The notes beneath the pieces were generated by a model. The model ran no database searches. It saw nothing but the letters and a program-made list of their open reading frames with translations, and had not been told where the DNA came from. From Amoebidium appalachense (lineage: Eukaryota; Protista; Ichthyosporea): a DNA stretch of 64,000 nt. Every line of letters begins with the position of its first letter. The stretch's first letter is position 1. Of the stretch, positions 14,686 to 30,004 are shown one piece after another. The stretch covers positions 7,995,962 through 8,059,961 of the forward strand of contig CAVNZM010000007.1 in NCBI GenBank assembly GCA_963693365.1, given 5' to 3'. The translations under genes were made by a program, and so were the position numbers.

Positions 14686-15487
14686 ACCGCTCCCCCCATC
14701 CCCCCCGCCTCCCCCCACCACCACCACCACCCCCACCAACCCACCCACCCAAAACCCCCACCCTTGCCGGGGAGACCAAGGCTTCCTTCCCGGGTGTAAT
14801 TTCATGCATACCGGACCAGGAATCGGGCTGAGCTGATGAGCTGGGATGGCTCTCAGGGTGTACTAGGGGGAGGGAGGGGGGGGAAAAGGGGGGAATAGGT
14901 CACTGTAAGCTATGCAATATAACTTGAGCAATATTGGATGTGACCCTCCTGGTACCCCAGTGGCATGGGTTCTTACTAGTGGATGGTGCCCGTAGTTCCC
15001 TTTTTATTTTTCTTCTCTTATCATTTCTCCTGTAGACTTTCGGTTTGTTTACTTTTTTGGAGCCATGTCTTTTCTTGGCCATGCCACTGGTGTGTTCAAT
15101 TTTTATGCCTTTCCCAAATTTTGCTTTTCATGATCCCCTCCCCCCTTGACGGTTCTGTTTTTTTCGTCAGTGGTGGTGACCAGTGGTGGACCAGGTGTGT
15201 ACGTCTGTGCGCGCGAGCCGTGGGTGTGTGTGCATGTGTGGGTGTGCGTGTGTTGTGTGTTGAAGTGCTTTGTGTGTGTGTGTGTTTGTGACAGTGTGTG
15301 TGTGTGTGTGTGTGTGTGTGTCTGTGCACGTGTGTGTGTGACCATGCATTCAGGGTGTCAGGGGAGGGGGGGGCGGGGGGGGAGAGAGACAGACAGAGAA
15401 AGAAAGAAAGAGACAAGAGAGAGACAGACAGAGACAGAGAGAACGAGAGGGCGTAGGGGGAGAGAGAATAAAGAGGGGGGAGGGAGG

Positions 15488-16498
<1,011 letters not shown>

Positions 16499-16601
16499 TG
16501 TGTGTGTGTGTGTGTGAAAGCAAAGAGGGGGAGGGAGGGAGTGAGAGAGAGATAGCCTAAGAGTAACAGCGAGAGAAAGAGGGGGGGGAGGGGGGACTGT
16601 G

Positions 16602-16661
<60 letters not shown>

Positions 16662-17232
16662 TCGACCTCGTACGGTTTGGGCCTTACTCACGTATCATTT
16701 GAGTATCTGTCAGTACATTACGGGCCATGCCGTTTGGATTGCACGCGAGTATGTATGCCGGGCTTGATCATGAAGAATCAATAACCGAGGCTGCGAGGGA
16801 GGGAGATCAAATTTTTGGAAGAAAGTTTCCTGCTGGTACGGATGCAACAAGAGCCTCTGAGTATGCTGGAGGTGTTTAGGTGGGAGACTCAGTGGAGAAA
16901 TACTGTAAGCAGTTAGACCGGCTGGGCCGGTCTGGAGAGGGGGGGGAGGGGGGGGAGGAGGGGGGGGGCAGGGGGAGTAAATGGAGATTGGGGAGGGGAG
17001 TGGTATTTTCGGGCAAGGAGAAGAATGGGTGTGGTTCCATACCTGTCGTGCCCACTTCAGAGCACCCGTGTTCACCGCGCACCAGTATCATATGGCCAAG
17101 GAAAGATTAAAAGAAATGATTTATTAGCACCGACGGGCACAGCCACACGAATCGGGTAACGCAATAAAACGGATATGTAAGACTGAAGAGGTCTATCTCC
17201 TCTTTTTAGAATGCACATCACATGCAGTTAGT

Positions 17233-19029
17233 TTACTTCTTGCTGTCGGCATTGCCGGTGGCACTGTCCAGTGCAACATCAGTCTCGTTTTCCTCCTCCT
17301 CGTACTTAGCGTGGAACTGGTCGGGGAACAGAGGGTCCGTCAGACGGGCCTTGGGCAGAAGCACAAAGGTGGCGGGGATGGTGATGAGGGGCACAATGAT
17401 GTGTGCAATGGCAATGAGGATGGGAAGGTTGTCGTAAACACAGGGGCCGTTCTGCTTCATGCTGATGCCGAACACGGGGATGAGGAAGGTACCGATCGCG
17501 CGGGCCACCTGACTGCCGAAGTTGGAGAAGCCGGCAAGCAGGGCATAGAGGGTGGACTCGAGACCCTTGGGGCACAGCTTGGAGATCAGCACGACACCGG
17601 GCATGAAGTGGAGCATGTCGACGACAGTGGCCACAATGTTGTTGCCCAGCATGTACATCACCTTGTCGGGGATGCCAATGGCCGTGTTCCAGCGCTTAAC
17701 CATGATGATGTCCACCATGGCAGCAACACACTGCAGCACAGTGCTGACCCAGAAGCAGGGGCGGAACTCCCACTCGGACATGATTGCCTGGAAGAGGGTC
17801 ACACCGAGGAAGCCGCAAATGGATGCGACTGTACCAGACACGGAGATATAGTAGGAGTTGCTAAACTGGGGACCATTCTCACCCGTGCACTTGGCAGAAC
17901 CGGTGTAGAAAATATCGAGGGGACCGCCGACGGAGAGGTAGCAGGCAGGGCCCAGGAACTTGAAGATGAGGGCGTTGGCAACGACCCTGGGGAGGGCCCA
18001 GTAGGCAAAGAAGGTCATGACGGTGACAATGAAGGCTACGTAGATCATCACGGGCACCTGCGTCATCGATCCGGTGAGCTGCAGGTTGGGAATAATCACA
18101 CGGCGGTTGATGAGACTGAAGGCAGACAGAGACAGAGCACCGATACCCATGACGATGGCCAGGATGAAGATGCGGCGATGCTTGTTCCACTTGGCGGTCT
18201 GGAAGCCACGCAGGTGGTGGGGCAGAGGGGTCTCACCCAGGAAGTTGAGGAGGATGGGGACGGCAATCTGCACAGCAAAGGGGGCGCCGGCAAGGAACAT
18301 GCCCTTCAGGTACCAGTCATTACCGGTCTCGTCATACTTGTCGGAGAGGGGACCGACCGTCCAAGTGGCCAGCAGGCCGCCGATGAAGTAGGTGGTCCAC
18401 ACGATGGTGACAATGTCGGACGAGGTCTCGGGGTTCTTGACCATCAGCTCGGCATAGCGGCCTTCAACCAGAAGGTCGACCAGGGCCGTCTCGAAGTGGC
18501 CGAGGAAGAACATGATCGCAGCAACGTAGGCCAAGTCTTTGGGGATGTCCCAGAGACCAAGCACGAGGAAGCAAACACCACCGAACAAAGCGAACCCAAC
18601 GAGGTAGTACTTCTTGAGGTAGCCACGGATAGGCATGGTGTCTGACACGAGACCCATCAGGGCCTTCATTGACCAAGGAGTGGTGGCAACCAAACCGTAA
18701 ATCTGATAGTCGACACTGTCCACCTGCATGTGCATGAGGAAGTAGGGGAGCTGACCGTAACCAAGCAGTGCGTAGAGGAAACCCTTGATGCCGAAGTAGG
18801 CGGAGCAGAGGACGACAACAAAGCGCCAGCCGAACTGGTCCAGCACTCTCACCCAGTACATCTTTGTGTAGTGGATGGGCGCCGTCAGACGCTCGCCAAT
18901 GGTTGGGTTGTCAGGGAGCAAATAGTACCACTCGGGGTGGTCGCGCTTGAACTGCTCAAAACGGGCCTTGCTGTCGTCGATGGGGGTGTCACCCACCGCG
19001 ATCTTCGTCTTAGACTGGGCACCACTCAT
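17233..19029 (-). CDS. BT1 family folate/biopterin transporter (MFS), 598 aa, intronless
   Basis: Uninterrupted ORF from ATG at 19029 (MSGAQSKT...) to TAA at 17233. It has many hydrophobic helices and motifs typical of the family: TTPWSMKALMGLVSDTMPIRGYLKKYY, ALVDLLVEGRYAELM, RWNTAIGIPD and HFMPGVVLISKLCPKGLESTLYALLAGFSNFG. The longer start at 19086 in the ORF track is not an ATG. Confidence 0.93.
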   Translation of the reverse strand: MSGAQSKTKIAVGDTPIDDSKARFEQFKRDHPEWYYLLPDNPTIGERLTAPIHYTKMYWVRVLDQFGWRFVVVLCSAYFGIKGFLYALLGYGQLPYFLMHMQVDSVDYQIYGLVATTPWSMKALMGLVSDTMPIRGYLKKYYLVGFALFGGVCFLVLGLWDIPKDLAYVAAIMFFLGHFETALVDLLVEGRYAELMVKNPETSSDIVTIVWTTYFIGGLLATWTVGPLSDKYDETGNDWYLKGMFLAGAPFAVQIAVPILLNFLGETPLPHHLRGFQTAKWNKHRRIFILAIVMGIGALSLSAFSLINRRVIIPNLQLTGSMTQVPVMIYVAFIVTVMTFFAYWALPRVVANALIFKFLGPACYLSVGGPLDIFYTGSAKCTGENGPQFSNSYYISVSGTVASICGFLGVTLFQAIMSEWEFRPCFWVSTVLQCVAAMVDIIMVKRWNTAIGIPDKVMYMLGNNIVATVVDMLHFMPGVVLISKLCPKGLESTLYALLAGFSNFGSQVARAIGTFLIPVFGISMKQNGPCVYDNLPILIAIAHIIVPLITIPATFVLLPKARLTDPLFPDQFHAKYEEEENETDVALDSATGNADSKK

Positions 19030-19724
19030 TTTACAATTTGTTGGTGACCAAGGAGGGAGTCGGCAAGGGAAGGAAACACCACACAACCTAAGGTGCTCTC
19101 AGTGCAGGGGGCGCCTTGGCTGTTGTACTGTGAAGATGATTAGCTTCCTCGAAGGCTTTTATAGCCGAAGTTGTGACCGGTGCGGATACGTAACAAATCA
19201 ATTAAAGTGGCCCCCAGATTCGCATGAGGGGTGTAAAGATTGTTTTTGAGGACGTGACCCTTCCCGGTAGACTCTTCTTCACTCCTTTGTGTGTGTAGCT
19301 GAGGTAAGAAATGAGAACACGATTAATACAAGGAGGATAGCTAAATTTTTACTCTTTCAGCATGGGGATATTTTTTGTAACAAAAAAAAGGTAACGATCG
19401 AGTGTCATGCATACGATTGCCTTTTCTGAGTAGACGTGGGGAGCTCGAGCCTTGCGGTAGTCCGTCCAGCCTCAGGCGTACCGTGTACGCGTACCGTAGT
19501 TTTTATGTACGGGATGCGAGTAAGAAAAGCAAATCAAATGACAAAATGGTTTAAAGCGTTTTTTTTTCCTAGCAAGAAAAAGGAACGGAATAAAAACCGA
19601 GATAAAGCAGCCAGGAGTCAGTGATTAGATATTTCTTTCCACGGTACCTGATATGCTTACTACATAGGCTGCAGTCGAGATTCATTTTTTGCTTCGCTCT
19701 ATCATGATTAGATTTTTTTTTTTT

Positions 19725-19790
19725 TGGGTTAGAGGCATCACACATGATTTGAATCCTTGGGTTAGAGGCATCACACATGATTTGAATCCT
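19725..19790. repeat. Perfect 33-bp tandem duplication
   Basis: TGGGTTAGAGGCATCACACATGATTTGAATCCT x2. Confidence 0.9.
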
Positions 19791-21481
19791 TCAGGACAAC
19801 TTGAACCAATGCTGCCACTCGCAAAGACCAGCGTTAGCGCTGGAAGGAGATTAATTTAAAGCTGTGCAAGAAGAAGGAGAGAGGGGAAAGGCTTTGAAAG
19901 CGACGATGAAGAGCTCAAACACGGTCGAGAGGAGAAGAAGACCAGGGGGGACATTCCAGGGGGCTTCTCTTGCACACGCGTGGGGCCGGGGGGGGAGGGG
20001 GCGACCCAAAAAGGGGGGGGGGGGGGGGGGGGGGGGGGTCTGTATGCTCAGCTGCAAGGCTGCACGAATTCCGATTCCCTTGATTCCCGAGCGAAAATCG
20101 AGAAGTCGCACTCTCCTTCGAAAACAAAGGAGGGCTGGAGCCTCGAGCTCGGAGGGCTGCTGCTGTTCGAAATACCCTACATCATCCATGGCTGACAGGC
20201 GGCGGTACAAGTATATGTCGCTCTCACATTGGCTCTTAGTACATAGCATCAACGTTTGCCTAGTTGTGATTTCTATGTTGCTTTTCTCTTGAAACGTATG
20301 CATGCGTGGCTCTAAGTTAGTCGTCATCAAAGGCGCATGCGTGCACTTTGTATGCCTTCTATGCAACTTGGGAGCGTGTCTGCAGCGGCTACAGCTGAAG
20401 CTCACGTACTCATTGAATATTTTGGCTCTTTCAATCTCTTTGCACATGATTGGTGGCTTTCTAATCCAATGAAATCATGGTCTGAATATGTAGAATTTGA
20501 TTGGTGCCAGCTTGATCTATCTAGATCCAGCAAAGATCTACATACCACAGTACAGGGTGTGAAGTGGACCACACATTGGCGAGGGCAATTATAATAGCTT
20601 CTTTCAGAATCGGATGGTCCACCGAGCGCTTTTAGGGATATTGGAAACAAATTTTTTAGGCCATTAGAAAAGCCAATAAGTCTACCTCAACAGCTACTAG
20701 GGATTCAGCTCGGGATTTTGAGGACAATAATTCTAAGGGCAAGCAATTTCACACCCTGAGCCCGTACTACATGCGCGCGCAGGCATCACCTGCATGCATG
20801 TGTTTTCTCGAATTCGTATCTCTTTTGTTGTTGAATTCAGTCACGGACAAAAACTTAGTCCCAGAGGTTATCGAGATGTAGTGAATTTAAAAGAGAGTTT
20901 ACATATCCACAAGGATGCGATGGGCATGCATGTGCCTGTCGGTGCCCACCCTCTCATCCCTTACTTTTTTTTTTTTTTTTTTTTTTCAAGCTGCCGTTCA
21001 CCCACCCAATGGCACCCGTGCCCCAGACCCTAATTTGCAAAACGCCATCGGTGGCCATCGACTGGCTGCAGGCCAGCACCGTTAACGTTTAGGGATTACC
21101 TTAAAATACTACCGTCACATACAGCCGTAAATTTAAATTTCAAAATGTGCAAATACAAAAAGAAAGCCGGGAATTTGAAAGGAAACTGTTGAGCTCATGG
21201 TATTCAATCGGACATATAATGGGAAATAAATAAAGGATATGTACTGCCAGCTATCTAGGCTAAGCACACACCGGGTCACATCCACATGAACACCGACAGT
21301 CAGCTGCAGTACATATATACAGTGCAAACTACGCAAGTTTGTACATGTATGCACCCTAGTAGCTGCGACACCCGGTCAGCTAATTAGTACCCGATTCATC
21401 CTTATGCGAACTTTCGTTTTTTATTCGTGTTCTGGACAGTCTGTCGGAAAATGATGAGTAGGTTTTTACATTTTGCCCAAG

Positions 21482-21513
<32 letters not shown>

Positions 21514-22434
21514 ACAAAAAAAAAAAAAAAAAAAAAAAAAAGGAAAAAAAAAAAAAAAAAAAGACTAGGCCAATCCCTTATCCACCCACCACCACCGCCA
21601 CACCACCAAACAAGGGCAAACCGGAAAACAAGAGCAGGCTAAAGGGGGATCACATCCGTGCTAAACAGTCACACTATGCACGGAATTACAGGAGAGCATA
21701 TTAAGCCCCTTGAAAAATAACAGATACAAACCCAAAGCGTTGTAGCAACAGCTACATTATGAAATTCAAGGACTCCGAGATAACCCTTACAAGAACAACG
21801 AGATATATTACCATGATCCACCACTCTAATAAATTGTATGTGACGCTCGGCAAGCACATTCAAGCCACCTACGAAGGAACTTGAAGTAATACTCGTGCCA
21901 CCTCCATATATTACTTTTCTTTCAGCCTCTATAGCAGCCGGCAGCCTAATTTCGATTTCTGTCATGGTTTCAAAAAACCCCAACACAATTTTTTTTCACA
22001 AATTCAAGTATGTTACGCGTAAGGTTTGGTGCAGCCCGGATATGAGGGCTCGGACAGACCGACATGTGTATTCTGTCAGGTTGGATGGGTAATGACTGTG
22101 GACGTCTACAGAATTGCACACAGTCAATGTTTTGCACTCTGTCCTGTACAAGGAAAATCCCATGCACCACCTACATACATATACCAGTCACTTCTCCGAC
22201 CACTACGGTGAGCCACATGATTTGTACACCCACATGAGCGAGGACTGAGGGGAGGGGGGGAGGGAGGGGAGGGAGGGAGATAGAGAGGGGGGGGGGGAGG
22301 GATGGGGGGAGGGGGAGAGAGAGAGAGGGCGGGGGGGGGGAGGGGGGGAGGAGGGGGAGAGAGAGAGAGGGGGGGGGGGGGGGGAGAAGGGAAAGGGGGA
22401 GGGGAAGAGAAAGGTGGGGAAGGAATATAGGTAA

Positions 22435-22814
22435 CTATGGGCTGGCCTTTTGCTGGCCAAGGGCTGTGATCGACGCCGAGGAAGCAAAGTCCAGGCTGCA
22501 GTGTTTCTTGTGTTCAATGATCAGCTCCTTGAGGTGTAGCACCTCGGACCTGGGGGGGAAGGGAGGGGGGCGGGGGGGTGAGCATGGTATCACAAACAGC
22601 GCTGGGAGACGGGGGAGGGGGGGGGAAGGGGGGGGGGGGGGAGGGGGGGAGAGGGGGGGATGTATGTGTTAATGGGTTGAAATACGGAGGAGACAACAAA
22701 GGACAAACTACATGTACAGACGGTCACAAAAACGAGAAAACCAAAATCAAACAACAATTTAAGGCGCAGGCAGAAAACACGAACAGAGCCCATCATCGGG
22801 AGGAGGGGGGGAGG

Positions 22815-22852
<38 letters not shown>

Positions 22853-23025
22853 ACACATGTTGGGGGAGGGAAAGGATGTAGGGTGGGGCTGGGGGGGGGG
22901 AGGTGGGGGAGGGGTCGAGGGGAGGAGATAACATTGGGCCATGGTGGGGAAGGACCTCATACATGCAAATAAACCAGTGGTGTGGTGGGAGGCATCGAGT
23001 GTACGTGTGCATATTGGGTATGTGC

Positions 23026-23100
<75 letters not shown>

Positions 23101-23962
23101 TTAGGTGTGTTTACCCATTCCGATAAAGACACACATGAAAAAACCGTTATTTGAGACTTGATAACAGCCCCCTCCAGGGTGTATAAACAAGAGGTGTGTA
23201 GCATAGCGGAAAGCAAAAGAGTTCTACAGGGAACGTAACACGCACTGCAAAAGAAGAAACAAGAGAGAGAAAGAAAAATACAACACACACAAGGTATATC
23301 AGCATAACCAGAGCCCGTCCTCAGGACGGTTTTAGTTGCAGTATGCGCGAAAAGGGGGGGGAGCGGGAAGGGGGGGGGAGGGGGGGGGGGGGGGGGGGGG
23401 GGTCGAGAAGGGGGAGCTATCCTGAGTGACACAGCAGGGAGCACCACAACACACAATGAAGAACAAAGAGCTTGAAGATTTGACATGACACACAAACCCT
23501 ATTCGTGTGCATGTGCGCGCATGTGCGTGCGTGCGTGTGGTGGTGGTGAAAAGGGAAGGTGGTGTGTGTGTGTGTGTGTGTGCGTGGGGGCGGCGGGGGG
23601 GGGGGGGGGGGGGGGGGGGGGGGTGTTGGAATATAGTATGCTCTCACTGAGGTATCTGTGATATCTCGGTTGTTTCTATTTTAATGAGTATATCAATAAA
23701 TTCACTATTCAAAAAAAAAAAAAGAAATATAGTGTGGTAGGAACCAGATCAAGGAGATAGGTGTTGGGCTATAATTAGTACCTCAATGCATGAACCGAGT
23801 TGCTCAGCTCCTTGTTCTCTTCACTTAGCTTGCCGGCCCTCTTTTCAAGCTCCGCCATCTGTCCGTGCACAGACATAAGCACCCACAACATCTATTGGGA
23901 CCCAATGATCCAACCACTTTCTTCCTTATATCCCCCTATCCCAACCTACTATCCCACCAATC

Positions 23963-24001
<39 letters not shown>

Positions 24002-25921
24002 ACACACACACATGCACCTAAACACACAATCGAACTCGAACGTCTCTCATGTAACCTACACCACACATCGTAGAAGGAGAATGAAAGGAATGAGTGCGGC
24101 GGAAGATTGGGGGAAGAAGGGGGAGAGAGGGAGAGGGGGGAGAGGGGGAGAGGGGGGGGGGGATATATACAGCACAAAAACATGTACATAGCCCATCTGT
24201 AAGACACTCAGACACAAAATGCAACACCCATTCAAGGGTGGTGAGATAACATGCACATACAAGTAAAACCAAGGCACCGGGGGAAGAGAGCGGCAGGAAC
24301 GGAGGCAGGGTCTTCCCAGGGGTATATGTTTTTGTGTGGGTGGTAATCAGAAAAGGGGAAAGGGGATGACGGAGGACGGAGGGGGAGGGGGAAAGAAAGG
24401 GGGGGGGGGGGGGGGGGGGGGGGGGGGAGGGGGGGAGGGAGGTGGGTGTAGGCCGGTACCTGCATCTTTTTCTTCTGGCGGCATCTCATTGCTGCCGCCC
24501 GATTCCTTCTCCTTGCCTCCTCCAACGAAAAATCCCCACCTGCAACATACCCCATTCATTATCCCACTGAAATTTGCATTGAAATTCACTAACCATGGCT
24601 TGGATTCCCGTATATCCCTTTTGCCTTCAACCCAATCCACCGACTAGTGCTTAGATATCCCACATAACCATTTTCCATGAAAATTCACCGAGTATCCCCA
24701 CATACGAATATTTAAGAGTCTCCCATATACGAATATTTCAAGAGTATCCCATATACGAATAGTCACGATTATCCCACATATAAAAATCCTAGAGTATCAC
24801 ACATCCATGTGAAGGTTGCACTGTGCCTCGTTTCTGCCACAGCAAGAGTCCTGTAGTTGATGTGGAGGTACTTTCCCATGTCCCATTCCTCCTCTCCTCC
24901 CCTTCCCCCACCCCCTTTTCCAAACATGCCCCCTCCCCATTCCGCCCTCCCTGCACCCACATGCCATTCCCCTTTCGTCTAGTTTAAACCAACCCCCCCC
25001 ACCTCCACACCCATCCCCTCCCCTCCCTCTCCTCCGAACTTCCATTGCTGCCCTACCTTAGCCCCCTCCCTGCTTCCTCCAACACACGCGCACGCTAACA
25101 CAAACCCCCAAACACCCACACCCACCACTTACACCCTCCCCCCCCCCCCCCCCCCCCCCCCCCCCACCCCACCACACACACACATCCACCCACCCACCCA
25201 GCCCCTCCCCCCCCCCCTCCCCCCCATTACCATCACCACCACCACACCCACCCACCCGCCCACCCACCCGACCCACCCACACCCACATCCACACCACAAC
25301 ACACACACGCACACACACCTCCAACCCTTTCCCCGGCAGTGCCATCCGTATCGTCCTCTGCCGAGGAGAGTCCAGGCGAAGACACACGCCTGCGTTTGTC
25401 TCCCTTACCTGCACACCAACCAATCAAAACATAAAAAGAAAAATAACAATAATTAAGAATCAAAGTGCATGGCTAGGCCCTCAATCTCAATATTTGAATA
25501 TTCCTATTCCTTTCCCCTTTCCTAACACCTTTTCGTTCCAATTTTCTTCTTAGCCTTCTTTAACGAGAGGGGAGTTAAAGAGGGGAGGAGGGGGATTGGC
25601 AAAGAGGAAAAGAGAGGGAGAGCGGGGGGAAGGGGGGATATGGTGTGGCAAAGGGGAGGAGGAGGATTGACAAGGAGGAAAAAAAGGGGGGAGGGGCGGA
25701 GAGGGGGGGGGGGGGGAGGGGGAGGGGAGATATGGAGTGGCAAAGGGCCACAATGAGGTAGCTGTGTAGGTGTGTGGTGCATAAATACGTGTGCATGTGC
25801 AATGCATGTGGTGGTTCTGGGAGAACTTGCAGCGCACAAACTACCGCCCAACATAAACCAAACAAGTGTAATGCAGTTGGTATCAAGAGCCTGGTACAAT
25901 CCTCCACAGATATGATGCAAG

Positions 25922-25957
<36 letters not shown>

Positions 25958-26544
25958 AGAAAAAAGGAAAACAAACTATCCGTGGGCCGATCCCCCTACA
26001 CACACAAATAAGTCCAACCCCACAACCCCACCCACCCACACCAACCTCCCCCCCCCCTCTCACCCCCAACCCACCAACCCACCCACCCACCCACCCACCC
26101 ATCCCCAGCCCCCACTATCCACCCACACAAAAACCCACCCACACACTCACCGTAAACCCACACACCCACCTGTCTCCGCGCGCACCGAACCCTTTCTTGC
26201 AGTGGGTCTCGGCTGCTCAATTCCGTACGCATTCGGCACAGCCTGGCCAGGAAACCCCACAGGCATAGGGGGTGGGCCACCACCCATATACATGCCGGGT
26301 GCCCCCGGCCTCCCGTATGGATCGGACCCCATAACGGGGCCGGAAATACCCGGGGGATAAGGTAGAGGGGGTGGGTATCCATTGAGTCCGGCTGGGGATG
26401 GTGGGGGGTAGGGCTGTACGTACGCTCCCTGTGTGTATGTGTGTGTGGGGGGGGGGGGGGAGGGGGAGGGGGGGGGGGGGGGGGGGGGGATGGGGGAGGG
26501 GGTGGGGAGGGGGGGGATGTGTGTGTGTGTGTAGGCTTGTGTAT

Positions 26545-26597
<53 letters not shown>

Positions 26598-27290
26598 TGT
26601 GTTTGTGTGTGTATCCACATCCACATTCCGTGTTGATGTGTTCAAAAAAAAGAGGCCGAAGCAAAGACATTCAGATGGTGTTGGAGCAAGAAGGAAGGCA
26701 AATGGTAGGGTGAGGGGGGATTTCTACAAGAGATTAACATTTAACAGCTATGTGTGCACAATCTCCGCCTGATCCGAGGTCTCATACCCCCCCCCCCCCC
26801 CCTCCCCCCCCCCCCCCCCCCCCACCCCACCCCGCCCCAAACACACACACTGGAACCTACCATGCATGACCACCCACCACCAGTCCAAACCCAAAGCCAC
26901 CTGCAAAAATATCCAGGAATCCACTACTTGCACAACAGCAACCACCCCATCCTCAAAAAAAAAAAACCCACCGGTGGATAGGGGGGTCTATAATAGCCCG
27001 GCTGCGGCTGCGGCTGTGGCGGCTGGCGCATAGCCGGGCTTGCTGGGGGCGGCGGCAATTTCGAGGGGGGGGTTCTGAGGCTGAGGGGCCGAATTTGGGG
27101 GAGCATAAGGGTGATATTGAGTGGCGCCATATGGCATGGGGTCAATTTTCGGGGGTTGGGGCTGAGGAGGGGGTTGGCCCGAGGCCCCGTAGGAATAGGC
27201 GCCTAGTGTTGCATAGTCATCCTGGGGTGAGTGGGTGCATCATTCAGTATGGGTCACAGAAACCGTAGTTTCTCAAACTCCCCCCCCCCC

Positions 27291-27379
<89 letters not shown>

Positions 27380-27542
27380 AAAAAGGGAAAAAGAAAAAAA
27401 GAAAAAAACAGAGAGAGGGAAAGGGGGACGGGGGGAGATAGGGCATCTGGGCGGGTAAGAGAGTCGGTGAGAGCATGACAGAAGACACACAAACTCCCTC
27501 TCTTTCAATCCCCCCCCTCCCCCAACCAACTCGATCTCTCGC

Positions 27543-27574
<32 letters not shown>

Positions 27575-27829
27575 ACCTCATTGCCTCACGGTTCATGTCG
27601 TCTATGTCACGGTTCATGTCGTCTATGCGCCATTGTCTTTGTTTTACGCATCACCATACAAAATGCGCCATCGAGAAATGCTGGTGGGCATGTAGATGGA
27701 GCTCATAAAAACACGTATGTGCATCACACCAACGTCACCCTTACCCCATTCACTAATCCCATCCATGCAGTACATACTTCGCGTGTGTGTATGGTCGTGT
27801 TTGCTGCACATGCATGTGTTTGTGTGCGT

Positions 27830-27927
<98 letters not shown>

Positions 27928-27987
27928 TGAAGGAGAGGCCGCAAGCACCATGGAGCCGCAGTGGGGGGGGGGGGGGGGGGGGGGGAG

Positions 27988-28034
<47 letters not shown>

Positions 28035-29177
28035 TGGGGGGATGTCTAAGTACCTGCTGATGCTCCACTGGTGCATTCTGTCTCATATCTGGCTCTGCCT
28101 GCAAGTCCCTTCGTGTGGGGGACAATGTGGTGGGGGTGGCTGATGGAGACACCCCCCTACTACCCACATAGGGGGGGTTGCGCTGCTGTGACCTCGTCCT
28201 GTGTGCACAGTGACACATCAGCTAATATGTCTATGTATTGAACTCTATACATCCCCCCCCCCCCCCCCCCCCCTCCCCCCCCCCTCTCCTAGGGGAAAAA
28301 AAGAGAAAAAGTCAGAAAAAAAGAATGCAAGAGGGGGGGGGGGGGGGGGAAGGGGAAAGGTCTTCTATTCTGTCACCAATCAAAAAGCTGAGCGCAATGC
28401 ATCGCCTCGCGACACGAGATTTTGGCCCACCAACCCTTGTTTCACCTGGATGATTGCCCATATGTTCATATGTCATTCCCTCGCCAATACTTTTGTGACG
28501 TGTGTTATACGGAGAAAAGGTATGTGTGTGTTTGTGCGTGTGTGTGTGCGCACGTGTGCGTGTGTGTGCGTGTGTGTGTGCGTGCGTGGTGGCGGTGACC
28601 GTGGTGGTTGCGCGGGGGGAGGGGGCACACACAATTTGTGGTGGTCTGACATCAGGGGTACGCCTGCCATTTTCCTGCGTGTGGGGGGGAGAGTTGCCGT
28701 GCACAGAGCTGGCCGTATCTGCATCGTGTGAAGGGGGTCAGAGCCCATATGGGTTAGTGTTATCTGGTGCCAGGACACATCATAAGTGAGTGGTCGAATC
28801 CAACTTGGGTCACTGTGCATGGTGCCGGTGCACCGCATATATGAGGAGTCAAGACACAACTGGGTCACCTTGCTTGGTGCACCATTAAATACCTCGTCGC
28901 CGTCCTCTGTTAACTCTCCAAACACCTTCACACAGACTTACTTACGATGCCTCTATCACCAACACATAAGCACAACCCTCCCCCCCCCCCTCCCCCCTTG
29001 TCCTTCTCATCTACAGTACCATATGCACATTTTAATGCACAGAGCGCACACAAAAAGGTCCACGTGCACCCCCCCCCCCCCCCTGCCGGGTCTCTCCCCC
29101 AACCCCAACCCCCAATCCTTCACTTCACACCCAACCCAAGGGGTAAAAGAGGGGGGAGATACTAGAAGGGGTGCGGT

Positions 29178-29216
<39 letters not shown>

Positions 29217-29255
29217 GAGGTGGTGGTGGTGGTTGGGGGGAGGGGGGGGAGGGGA

Positions 29256-29289
<34 letters not shown>

Positions 29290-29492
29290 CAACCCTTTGG
29301 TACTTGCAGTGATGTGTTGTGTTCCGTCTCACTCGATCGTCGAATGTGCTCGCTGAAGCTATCTGCAAATGGGTTCCTGCTGTTCTTACGTGATGCTGGA
29401 TCCGGTGAAAAATCAGGAATAGCACTGTTGTACAGGCCCTGTGTGTGCATGGAGGAGTGTGAGTAAATGTGTGTGTGTGCATGTGTGTCTTG

Positions 29493-29568
<76 letters not shown>

Positions 29569-29972
29569 ATGCACACAGGTCTCTGTCACGGTAATCCCAC
29601 AGACATTGGATGCATGCATAATTACCCGCCTGTTTATTAACAAAACGGGGTGGCTTTAACTCAACCCTGTCTTTCGCTTCTTGTATGTGTGTCAGTGTAT
29701 GTATGTGTGCACGCGCCTGTAAGGTGCATTTGTATGTTGGTGTGTTTGTATGAGAGCGGCTATGCCAAGGAGTGGTCTATCCCAACGGTGCGGTGAAACA
29801 AGCGGGATGCATGCATGAGAGGGTCAAGGGCCAAGGGAGAAAGGGGAAAAAATAAATATAGACAGGAGATGCACGACAAGACCATTAAATAGTTCACTGA
29901 CACACACACACGCACACACACACCCAAAAAAAAAACCAAAAAAAAAAAAAACTCAGCACGGAGCAGGACGCT

Positions 29973-30004
<32 letters not shown>

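Noticed and set aside
17311-18645. 444-aa + strand ORF
   Set aside because: Antisense shadow of the BT1 gene, caused by its strong third-position G/C bias.
19851-20447. 198-aa - strand ORF
   Set aside because: Non-ATG start, crosses a homopolymer, and has no recognisable motif or codon bias.
28893-28925. Possible micro-exon [11 protein letters not shown] in the ATF2-like gene
   Set aside because: It needs a different phase chain that runs into a stop in the 28198 exon unless another indel is assumed. The chosen model needs no indel there. It cannot be fully excluded.
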